A DNA stretch of 31,444 nucleotides, from sequence record CM022108.1; one strand, 5' to 3'. This document shows, piece after piece, positions 7,344-19,120 of this stretch (its first letter is position 1; each line of letters begins with the position of its first letter). Position numbers and translations under genes: made by a program. The notes under the pieces are model-generated. The model had not been told where the DNA came from and searched no databases. It was given only the letters and a program-made list of their open reading frames with translations.

Positions 7344-7883
7344 TTATTTTCGTTTGCCTGTTTTACGACGGTAGTGTACGCCGTGAGCATAATAAATACC
7401 TTTTGATTGATAGGCTGAAGGAGGTCGAAGATGAGTTAAGGATGCTGCAATTTGTGTGAGTTGTCCACGATCCACGCCAAAAAGAACAATACATGTAGGA
7501 TCTGGAGTATATACACGAATACCACTGGGAAGACGATACATAATATCATGACTTGTTCCCACTTTAAGATAGAGACACGTGTCCACAACGTGAGCTCGAT
7601 ATCCAATACCTCGAAGATAGAGCATAACACTATGTCCACGGGTAATACCATGCATAATACTTGCAAGACGTCCACGCCATAAACCAACCAGTGCTGGTGT
7701 TATTCCAGTAATTGTCAGTGTGTTATGTGTATACTTCCATGCAATACATCCGTGTGGGTCCATATGAGCAATATCAACGTTGATAGATCCCAAAGGTCCA
7801 TGAAAAGTCCAACCACCATCTTGACTTTGAAACGTCACGTGTTGTGGTACGTGTAGTTGATATGTTGATGTTGTACGTGCCAT
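7344..7883 (-). CDS. rpl6: ribosomal protein L6
   Basis: 179 aa. ...GPLGSINVDI...GITRGHSVMLYLRGIGYRA...LKVGTSHDIMYRLPSGIRV...QIAASLTHLRPPSAYQSKGIYY follows the uL6 pattern. ATG start, TAA stop. Confidence 0.88.
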   Translation of the reverse strand: MARTTSTYQLHVPQHVTFQSQDGGWTFHGPLGSINVDIAHMDPHGCIAWKYTHNTLTITGITPALVGLWRGRLASIMHGITRGHSVMLYLRGIGYRAHVVDTCLYLKVGTSHDIMYRLPSGIRVYTPDPTCIVLFGVDRGQLTQIAASLTHLRPPSAYQSKGIYYAHGVHYRRKTGKRK

Positions 7884-7890
7884 GGATATA

Positions 7891-8424
7891 TTACATTTTT
7901 ACAGGAATAGTAAGTCCACTCCACATACATGCTGCTAATGCTGGGGAGGTGGGAGAACATACAAAACTCATATCAAGACCTTGGACACCAGGAATATATT
8001 CCCATAAATATTCCACTTCTGGGTACATAAACACATCACGACACCCAATACTCCAATGACCTACATGATTCATGGATGTTCTATCAAGACCTTGATACTC
8101 TCGATGTCGAGTCCAAGCCATATGCACCACTTTATGAAGAAAATTCCACATCATAGTATGACGTAATGTAACACGACATCCTAGAACTTGATCTTGACGA
8201 AGTCGAAATCCAGCCATGGCTGTACGAGCTCGTGTCCATTGGGGACATTGACCAGTAATACATGTCACAAGAGCACCACTTGCAACAACATGGTCCACAT
8301 GGGTTCCTGGTGTTGTATGCACGTAAATACTTTGTGGATAGGGTGTTGTATGGGGTGTATGTGTATATCCTTTATACATTACATCTTGTGCCACAATTGT
8401 TGTATAATATGTTGCAGATGTCAT
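7891..8424 (-). CDS. rpl5: ribosomal protein L5
   Basis: 177 aa. ...ITGQCPQWTRARTAMAGFRLRQDQVLGCRVTLRHTMMWNFLHKV...EYQGLD...SIGCRDVFMYPEV follows the uL5 pattern. ATG start, TAA stop. Confidence 0.85.
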   Translation of the reverse strand: MTSATYYTTIVAQDVMYKGYTHTPHTTPYPQSIYVHTTPGTHVDHVVASGALVTCITGQCPQWTRARTAMAGFRLRQDQVLGCRVTLRHTMMWNFLHKVVHMAWTRHREYQGLDRTSMNHVGHWSIGCRDVFMYPEVEYLWEYIPGVQGLDMSFVCSPTSPALAACMWSGLTIPVKM

Positions 8425-8476
8425 AGATCAAACACTGATGTTTTTTTTTGACACACATATGAGAGATGCTATGTCG

Positions 8477-8485
8477 CTCTATATG
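8477..8485 (-). promoter_or_regulatory. candidate promoter word CATATAGAG (faces rpl5-rps11 block)
   Basis: The reverse complement of CTCTATATG, 53 nt upstream of the rpl5 ATG. Confidence 0.25.
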
Positions 8486-8524
8486 AGATGCACATCATAT
8501 CTCTAGGCCAGTCTCTCCATAAAA

Positions 8525-8596
8525 GTCCCCTTCGTCTAGTGGTTAGGACACTGCCTTTTCAAGGCAGGAACACGGGTTCAAACCCCGTAGGGGATA
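8525..8596 (+). tRNA. trnE: tRNA-Glu(UUC)
   Basis: GTCCCCT-TC-GTCT-AGTGGTTA-GGAC-A-CTGCC-TTTTCAA-GGCAG-GAAC-ACGGG-TTCAAAC-CCCGT-AGGGGAT-A. 72 nt. Confidence 0.92.
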
Positions 8597-8599
8597 CAA

Positions 8600-8619
8600 G
8601 ACCATACATGGGTATGGTC
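8600..8619 (+). other. hairpin between trnE and atp9
   Basis: GACCATAC-ATGG-GTATGGTC, a perfect 8-bp stem. It sequesters the upstream in-frame ATG at 8608. Confidence 0.5.
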
Positions 8620-8658
8620 GATGCCCTGATTTGGACTCAAAGACATAGTATAGAGTAT

Positions 8659-8883
8659 ATGGTAGACGGTGCAAAACTTATTGGTGCAGGATGTGCAACT
8701 ATTGCCCTTGCAGGAGCTGGTGCAGGTATTGGAATTGTGTTTGGTTCACTGATTAACTCAGTGGCACGTAATCCATCTCTGACAAAGCAATTATTTGGAT
8801 ATGCTATTTTAGGCTTTGCTCTTACAGAAGCGATTGCTCTGTTTGCGCTTATGATGGCTTTTTTAATTCTGTTTGTATTTTAA
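8659..8883 (+). CDS. atp9: ATP synthase F0 subunit c
   Basis: [74 protein letters not shown], 74 aa, the canonical subunit c. The longer ORF from 8488 merely reads through trnE. TAA stop. Confidence 0.96.
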   Translation: MVDGAKLIGAGCATIALAGAGAGIGIVFGSLINSVARNPSLTKQLFGYAILGFALTEAIALFALMMAFLILFVF

Positions 8884-8948
8884 GTCAACAGATATGCTAT
8901 ACATCTATGGTATGTATAGTATATACACATAGGTAGATCTATGTTTTG

Positions 8949-9065
8949 TATAGGGATTTTCTGAGATAGAGTGTGCTACACCCGAACCCATCCGACTTCG
9001 ATATGTGACCCCACTCTATACTATATGTACTGCATCCCGCGGGAGACGTAGGTAAAGTCCCTATA
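8949..9065 (+). rRNA. rrn5: 5S ribosomal RNA
   Basis: A 12-bp terminal helix pairs TATAGGGATTTT with AAAGTCCCTATA. Internal blocks ACACCCGAACCCATCCGACTTCGATATGTG, ATATGTACTG and CGGGAGACGTAGGTAAAGTCCC closely parallel plant-type mitochondrial 5S rRNA as I recall it. Confidence 0.85.
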
Positions 9066-9070
9066 CATAT

Positions 9071-9143
9071 GGCGGAATAGTTCAATTGGTAGAACATTGG
9101 AGTCATAATCCACAGGTTGGGGGTTCAAGTCCCTCTTTCGCTA
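9071..9143 (+). tRNA. trnM: tRNA with anticodon CAU (elongator Met, or Ile via lysidine)
   Basis: Acceptor GGCGGAA/TTTCGCT, D-arm GTTC/GAAC, anticodon loop GTCATAA, T-arm GGGGG-TTCAAGT-CCCTC. 73 nt. Sequence alone does not distinguish Met from Ile. Confidence 0.8.
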
Positions 9144-9144
9144 C

Positions 9145-11820
<2,676 letters not shown>

Positions 11821-11822
<2 letters not shown>

Positions 11823-11842
11823 AGACTCCTTTTGGAGTCTAT
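11821..11842 (+). other. stem-loop abutting the rnl 3' end (ATAGACTCC-TTTT-GGAGTCTAT)
   Basis: Perfect 9-bp stem with a 4-nt loop, directly after the helix that closes rnl. Candidate 3' processing or stability signal. Confidence 0.5.
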
Positions 11843-11920
11843 TCACATGGAATATATATCTAGAAATATATCTACCTGATATCTCTAAAAAATATATCAA
11901 GCTGTAGTTTCTAGGTTTAT

Positions 11921-11940
11921 GGTATTTTGTACAAAATACC
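11921..11940. repeat. perfect 20-nt palindrome GGTATTTTGTACAAAATACC
   Basis: Self-complementary over all 20 nt. It lies in the roughly 190-nt rnl-rps3 spacer. Confidence 0.8.
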
Positions 11941-12012
11941 GTACACATATAAACTACACATACATGGTACGATGTATGAATAAATGTATGAACAAAAAAA
12001 TCATTGTGTGAT

Positions 12013-12918
12013 ATGGGACAAAAAGCACATCCAATTGCGCTTCGTCAAGCTAGTAACTATCGACATCAAGATACTGTATGGTATAGTCGACGATATCGTC
12101 AACAATTAGCAGCTCTTGATCGAGCATATATTAACTATATGGAACAGGTACATGCTCAACAACAGCTACCAGCACCACGACTTGCCATGCAACATGGACC
12201 ACATGGAACATATATCTACGGTTTTCTGTGTACACCTCATACAAACCGTGAACACATGGCAACACTATGTTATATGCCATATACATCACCCATGTCCTTA
12301 TCAACAGGTGTACACTCTATGTGGGGGTACCAAAATATGTGTATGCCCTTTAACACATCAGGACGTATGCCGTATCTTTCAGGTATTTCTGAAAACACGC
12401 TCTACCAATGGGCTGGTTCATGTATTCATACTATGAATCCTATGGAATATCTTGTTGCCCATGTTGTCAATGCGTCTGTGCCGGTACCAGTGTCTACATC
12501 AGAATCTCGTGCACCTCAATGGCTTATGAAGCATATGGCAGATCATATGGAACGTGGTTTTCATGCACCGGTGTATTGGACACCTATTGGTGTCACACAA
12601 GTATGGCATGATGCAGGATTTGTTGCTGACGAAATTGTATGGCTTTTAGAACGTCGTGTGGGATTTCGACGTATCAAACAAGCACTTCAGCGAGTGGTGG
12701 AATCCATGCCATCAATTCAGGGTATTCGTGTTGCTGTATCAGGTCGTGTTGGGGGTCGTTCTAAAAAATCTCAACGAGCTCGATGTGATGTCTGGAAATA
12801 TGGAGCAACACCACTCCATGTCTTTTCACAACATATTGATTATGCTCAACGCATTGCTCGAACACATCTTGGAACATCTGGTGTTTCTGTGTGGCTTGTG
12901 TATCGTGAATCTCTATAA
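12013..12918 (+). CDS. rps3: ribosomal protein S3
   Basis: N-terminal MGQKAHPIALRQ (KH-like) and C-terminal ...GIRVAVSGRVGGRSKKSQRARCDVWKYGATPLHVFSQHIDYAQRIARTHLGTSGVSVWLVY are uS3 signatures separated by a divergent insert. ATG at 12013. TAA stop. Confidence 0.9.
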   Translation: MGQKAHPIALRQASNYRHQDTVWYSRRYRQQLAALDRAYINYMEQVHAQQQLPAPRLAMQHGPHGTYIYGFLCTPHTNREHMATLCYMPYTSPMSLSTGVHSMWGYQNMCMPFNTSGRMPYLSGISENTLYQWAGSCIHTMNPMEYLVAHVVNASVPVPVSTSESRAPQWLMKHMADHMERGFHAPVYWTPIGVTQVWHDAGFVADEIVWLLERRVGFRRIKQALQRVVESMPSIQGIRVAVSGRVGGRSKKSQRARCDVWKYGATPLHVFSQHIDYAQRIARTHLGTSGVSVWLVYRESL

Positions 12919-12935
12919 AACTCTTTTCTATATCC

Positions 12936-13355
12936 ATGTTACAACCAAAACGTACACGATATCGTAAACATCATAAACCACCACATGTAAGTCCAACTAA
13001 TAATACTTCACATTTATGTTTTGGTGACTATGGAATTCAAGCATGTGTCTCTGGTCGAGTTACCGCGCGTCATTTAGAAGCTATTCGACGTGTCTGTACT
13101 CGTGTGTGCCGTCGTCAAGGAAAAATTTGGATTCGTGTGTTTCCTGATTGGTCTGTGACACGTAAATCTGCAGAATCTCGTATGGGAAAAGGTAAAGGTG
13201 CACCAAGTTTTTGGGTATGCCCTGTACCCGCTGGAACACTCCTGGTAGAACTCAGTGGTATGCCTCAAGAAACAGCACGACGTGCTGCCTATCTTGCCGG
13301 ATTTAAACTCTCTATTCCAACTCGATTTGTCACACGGCATGGTATTGCTGGGTAA
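12936..13355 (+). CDS. rpl16: ribosomal protein L16
   Basis: MLQPKRTRYRKHHK...GDYGIQA...RVTARHLEAIRR...IWIRVFPDWSVTRKSAESRMGKGKGAPSFWVCPVPAGTLLVEL is the uL16 signature. TAA stop. Confidence 0.95.
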   Translation: MLQPKRTRYRKHHKPPHVSPTNNTSHLCFGDYGIQACVSGRVTARHLEAIRRVCTRVCRRQGKIWIRVFPDWSVTRKSAESRMGKGKGAPSFWVCPVPAGTLLVELSGMPQETARRAAYLAGFKLSIPTRFVTRHGIAG

Positions 13356-13370
13356 AAAACATCATAGACT

Positions 13371-13598
13371 ATGACACGTTCTGCATGGAAAGGACCCTAT
13401 ACTCGTGTTGCTTCCACAGATCAGGTGATTTGGTCACGAGCATCTATGATTACCCCAGAATGGGTTGGACGACGTGTATCCATTCATAATGGAAAAACCT
13501 ATGTCTCGCTGGATGTCACTCAAGATATGGTAGGACATCGATGGGGTGAATTTGCATCCACTCGACGTCGTGCACAACATCGTCGCGAAACACGATAA
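13371..13598 (+). CDS. rps19: ribosomal protein S19
   Basis: MTRSAWKGPY...IWSRASMITPEWVGRRVSIHNGKTYVSLDVTQDMVGHRWGEFASTRR is the uS19 signature. 75 aa. TAA stop. Confidence 0.92.
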   Translation: MTRSAWKGPYTRVASTDQVIWSRASMITPEWVGRRVSIHNGKTYVSLDVTQDMVGHRWGEFASTRRRAQHRRETR

Positions 13599-13686
13599 TA
13601 TACTATAAAGTATATATACTAACTAATAATGAATATATATATATATTCTATAGAATATAGAATGATATGAAAAAAATATAGACGCC

Positions 13687-14211
13687 ATGACATCATATAC
13701 TATGTCTCCTGTACACTATTATATGCAAAAGTGGCCGTATGTATTACTGTATCAATATACAGGTATGCGTGTTGATCAATGGCAACATCTTCGTAAAGCT
13801 TTGGCACCACACGCGGCATGTATGGTCTGTAAAAATTCACACCTCTTTCCGTATATGTCCCATACCCATATGTGTCATGGCGCAACATGTATGATTGGTG
13901 TATCATCTATGGAGGATATGCATCGTGTACATACACTCACGCAAGACTATGGATATTCTATGGTATTAATTGGTGGGTATTGGAATCAACAATGCCGAAG
14001 TTATCAAGATGTTATGCATATTTGTACACTGCCTGTACCTCATGTGCTCTATGTTTCATTTCTTGGCTGCATTTCTTCTCAATCATATTTGGATACAACA
14101 CTTGAGATGTCCCAGATGCAATGCACAACAACATTGGAGGCACCTCAAAAACGCCTATATGATCTTTTATGTATGTATGCCAAAAATCACACAGACAATA
14201 TACAAATTTGA
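13687..14211 (+). CDS. rpl10: candidate ribosomal protein L10 (divergent; otherwise orf174)
   Basis: The pattern YVLLYQYTGMRVDQWQHLRKAL...ACMVCKNSHL...HGATCMIGVSS...MVLIGGYWNQQCRSYQDVMHICTLP matches the uL10 layout (v-v-dy-Gl-v-q---LR--l, V-KN-L, G--a--f, l-gG---g-----dv--la-LP). It sits next to the r-protein genes. TGA stop. Confidence 0.55.
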   Translation: MTSYTMSPVHYYMQKWPYVLLYQYTGMRVDQWQHLRKALAPHAACMVCKNSHLFPYMSHTHMCHGATCMIGVSSMEDMHRVHTLTQDYGYSMVLIGGYWNQQCRSYQDVMHICTLPVPHVLYVSFLGCISSQSYLDTTLEMSQMQCTTTLEAPQKRLYDLLCMYAKNHTDNIQI

Positions 14212-14229
14212 CTATATATAAAATATAAG

Positions 14230-15692
14230 TCAATCCAACCGCAGGTTCCCCTACGGTTACCTTGTTACGACTTCACTCCAGTTGATCTATGCGGTCTGGG
14301 ACCTAGTGTGTACAGTGTATGATATGTGTATTGTTCACAACACACGTGGCATTCACTGTATGTGTAGGTACTTCCACTACATACATCTCCCAGAGTGTGA
14401 CGGGCGGGGAGTACAAGGCTCAGGTACATATTCACCGTGGCGTGCTGATCCACGATTACTAGTGATTCCGACTTGATGGTGTCGAGTTGCAGACACCAAT
14501 CCGTACTGAGGTGTGATTTAGCGATTGGCTCCACCTTTCGGTCTTGCTACGTATTGTTCACACCATTGTAACACGTGTGTAGCCCAGTTCATAAGGGTCA
14601 TGAGGACTTGACGTCATCCTATCCTGCCTCCAGTCTATCACTGGCGGTCCACATTGACGTACATATGTATAGTGCAATGTGGCAGGGTTTCGCTCGTTCG
14701 GGAAATTAATCCAACATGTCACCACACGAGCTGACGACAGCCATGCAACACCTGTGATCCATAGGGATCATGTCAAGAACTGGTAAGGTTATGCGCGTAG
14801 TATCGAATTAAACCACATGTTCCACCACTTGTGTGAGCCCCCGTCTATTCCTTTGAGTTTTAATCTTGCGATCGTACTCCTCAGGCGGACCATTTACCGC
14901 GTTAGCTAACCCACATCCCTGTGTATCAAGAATATAGGGAATGGTCATCGTTGACAGCGTGGACTACAGGGGTATCTAATCCCTTTTGCTCCCCACGCTT
15001 TCGCACCTCAATGTCAGGTACGTGCAAGAGCACTGCCTTCGCGTTTGGTGTTCCTTCCCAGATCAACACATTCTACCGCTTCCTGGGAAATTCCATGCTC
15101 CTTTCACGTCCTCAAGTGTTATGGTGTATGTATACATCGACAAAACCCATGGTTTGAATATAAAACACACCACAACACCACCTACGTGCGCTTTACGCCC
15201 AATCATTTTGAATAACGCTTGCCCCTCTCGTATTACCGCGGCTGCTGGCACGAAATTAGCCGGGACTTGGACACTCTACACGGTCAATATCTATATAGAG
15301 TGCATAGGGTTTACAACGTATGTCGCCGTCATCCCCAAAGCGATATCACTGGATCAGGCTTGCGCCCATTGTCCAAGATTCCCCACTGCTGCCGCTCGTA
15401 AGCGTCTGGGCCGTGTCTCAGTCCCAGTGTGGCCGATCGTTCTCTCAAACCGGCTAGGCATCTCAGGCTTGGTGCGCCATTACCACACCAACAACCTAAT
15501 ACCCCGCAAGCTCATCCATAGCCGATATATATCTTGTGGTATACACAGCAACATTTCGTTACAAACTATGGGTAGATTCTCACGTGTTACGCACCCGTGC
15601 GCCACTCATATACATATGTATATGCGTTCGACTTGCATGTGTTAGGTGTATCGCGAGCGTTAATTCTGAGCCAGGATCAAACTCATGTCATA
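14230..15692 (-). rRNA. rns: small-subunit ribosomal RNA (about 1.46 kb)
   Basis: The reverse complement begins ...GAGTTTGATCCTGGCTCAGAATTAACGCT...ACACATGCAAGTCGAACG. It contains GTGCCAGCAGCCGCGGTAATAC and ends GTCGTAACAAGGTAACCGTAGGGGAACCTGCGGTTGGATTGA. No CCUCC anti-SD tail. Ends are +/-10 nt. Confidence 0.95.
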
Positions 15693-15699
15693 TAGTGGC

Positions 15700-15726
15700 A
15701 TCTATCATACATAATAGATGATAGAT
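15700..15726. other. hairpin just upstream of the rns 5' end
   Basis: ATCTATCAT (15700-15708) pairs perfectly with ATGATAGAT (15718-15726). The loop is 9 nt. Confidence 0.55.
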
Positions 15727-15767
15727 CAGAGAAACACAAGATTTCTCCATGAAAAACAACATTCACA

Positions 15768-15789
15768 TATAGATAGAATATCTATAGAA
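15768..15789. repeat. 22-nt spacer hairpin element, copy 2 (TATAGATAGAATATCTATAGAA)
   Basis: In the cox1-rns spacer. It differs from copy 1 by one loop base (G/A). Confidence 0.7.
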
Positions 15790-15800
15790 ACATTTATATA

Positions 15801-17489
<1,689 letters not shown>

Positions 17490-17542
17490 TTATGATAGAT
17501 AAAAAAGATACCGTATTGTAAATAGAAGTGCTTCTCAAATTG

Positions 17543-17551
17543 CTCTATATA
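17543..17551 (-). promoter_or_regulatory. candidate internal promoter word TATATAGAG upstream of cox1
   Basis: The reverse complement of CTCTATATA, in the 200-260 nt nad4-cox1 spacer. Confidence 0.2.
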
Positions 17552-17635
17552 GAAAGACACACCACCACCATCACATAGAACCAACACCATATGTATGTTG
17601 TCTATATACTACATAACATGGTATGATACATCATT

Positions 17636-19105
17636 TTAGAGACCATGATAAATAAGATGAGCTACACTACTATGCATAACAGAGAGATATGACTCAGGAT
17701 AGATTCCCATCCATAGGACTACAAGAACGAGTGGTACAAAACACCAAAATTCACGTCGATTAATATCAGCTGTTGTGTTCATAAAGTGTGGTTTTGGAAC
17801 GCCGTATAAAACACGGTTACATAACCATAAACCATACCCAGCACCAAGAATCATACCACTTGCCGCCAGAGATGCAGCCCAGGTTGATGTTTGAAAAATA
17901 CCAGCAAATACCAGAAATTCTCCAACAAAACTACTTGTTCCTGGAAGACTAATGTTGGCCATGGTAAAAAACACCAATAACACTGCAAACATCGGCATAG
18001 TACGAGCCATACCCGCATAATATCGTAATACACGAGTTTTATATCGATCATACAGTACACCAACACATAAAAAGAGCGCAGGTGATACAACACCATGACT
18101 TAACATTAACACAATAGCACCCTCAATACCTTGAGTATTTAAACTAAAAAGACCAAGTGTTACAAAATTCATATGAGCAACACTGGAATAGGCAATGATT
18201 TTTTTTAAATCAACTTGTCGAAGTGTTGTTAAACTTGTATACACAATGGCAATCACACTCATGGTTAGCATAAGTGGTGTAAAATACAGTGTGGCATAGG
18301 GAAACATGGGAATAGAAAAACGTAAAAAACCATAAGTTCCTAATTTTAAAAGCACACCTGCTAATACTAAACTTCCAGCAGTAGGCGCTTCAACATGGGC
18401 TTCAGGAAGCCAAATATGAACTGGAACCATGGGCACCTTAACCGCAAAACTTGCAAACATAGCTACCCATAAAAGAAGTTCTCGTGATTCACTCCATGTG
18501 GTTGTATAGAGCATATCAATATCTGTACTTCCACATTGAAATGCCATAAGTAATACACCTAAAAGCATTAATACAGACCCAAGAAGTGTATAGAGAAAGA
18601 ATTGATATGCAGCACGGATTTTACGTTCACGTGCACCCCACACCCCGATAACCAAAAACATGGGTAAGAGTACACTTTCGAAAAAAACATAAAACAACAA
18701 GAGATCCAGAGCAGAAAATACAGCCATAACCATACTTTCCATGAGTAGAAATGCCATACAGTATTCACGAACACGATGTTGTACACTATGCCAACTAGCA
18801 AGTAAACAAATAGGCATTAAAAACGTGGTTAAGATCACAAAAAAAAGTGAAATACCATCTAGACCAAATCGAAAGTGTGTTGTATCCAGCATACTACTAG
18901 ATACACCAAAGGATACGTCAAACACATACTGATATAACGGTGTTGATGCATTAAATTCAACCCAAAGAACCAACGATGTGACAAATGTCAATACCATGGT
19001 CCATAGGGTCCACATTTTATAGGTGTTAGACATACCACGTGGAAGCATGGGTAACACCATGGCACCAACAACAGGCAGACACAGCACAAGGGCAAGAGGG
19101 GACAT
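17636..19105 (-). CDS. nad4: NADH dehydrogenase subunit 4
   Basis: 489 aa. ...VKVPMVPVHIWLPEAHVEAPTAGSLVLAGVLLKLGTYGFLRF...IAYSSVAHMNFVTLG is the Nad4 signature. ATG start, TAA stop. Confidence 0.95.
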   Translation of the reverse strand: MSPLALVLCLPVVGAMVLPMLPRGMSNTYKMWTLWTMVLTFVTSLVLWVEFNASTPLYQYVFDVSFGVSSSMLDTTHFRFGLDGISLFFVILTTFLMPICLLASWHSVQHRVREYCMAFLLMESMVMAVFSALDLLLFYVFFESVLLPMFLVIGVWGARERKIRAAYQFFLYTLLGSVLMLLGVLLMAFQCGSTDIDMLYTTTWSESRELLLWVAMFASFAVKVPMVPVHIWLPEAHVEAPTAGSLVLAGVLLKLGTYGFLRFSIPMFPYATLYFTPLMLTMSVIAIVYTSLTTLRQVDLKKIIAYSSVAHMNFVTLGLFSLNTQGIEGAIVLMLSHGVVSPALFLCVGVLYDRYKTRVLRYYAGMARTMPMFAVLLVFFTMANISLPGTSSFVGEFLVFAGIFQTSTWAASLAASGMILGAGYGLWLCNRVLYGVPKPHFMNTTADINRREFWCFVPLVLVVLWMGIYPESYLSVMHSSVAHLIYHGL

Positions 19106-19120
19106 GATATATATCTATTT

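Noticed and set aside
12005-12016. The identical 12-mer TGTGTGATATGG spans the start codons of both rps3 (12005-12016) and nad7 (24456-24467)
   Set aside because: The position is suggestive, but a 12-nt identity between two sites in a 31-kb sequence is expected tens of times by chance. The word is also made of the favoured TG/TA steps. Other gene starts do not share it.
14986-15645. A 219-aa ORF on the plus strand, plus several 60-90 aa neighbours between 14265 and 15945
   Set aside because: It lies entirely inside, and antisense to, the rns gene, whose rRNA identity is unambiguous. There are no protein motifs. The long open frames result from the low stop-codon density of this composition.
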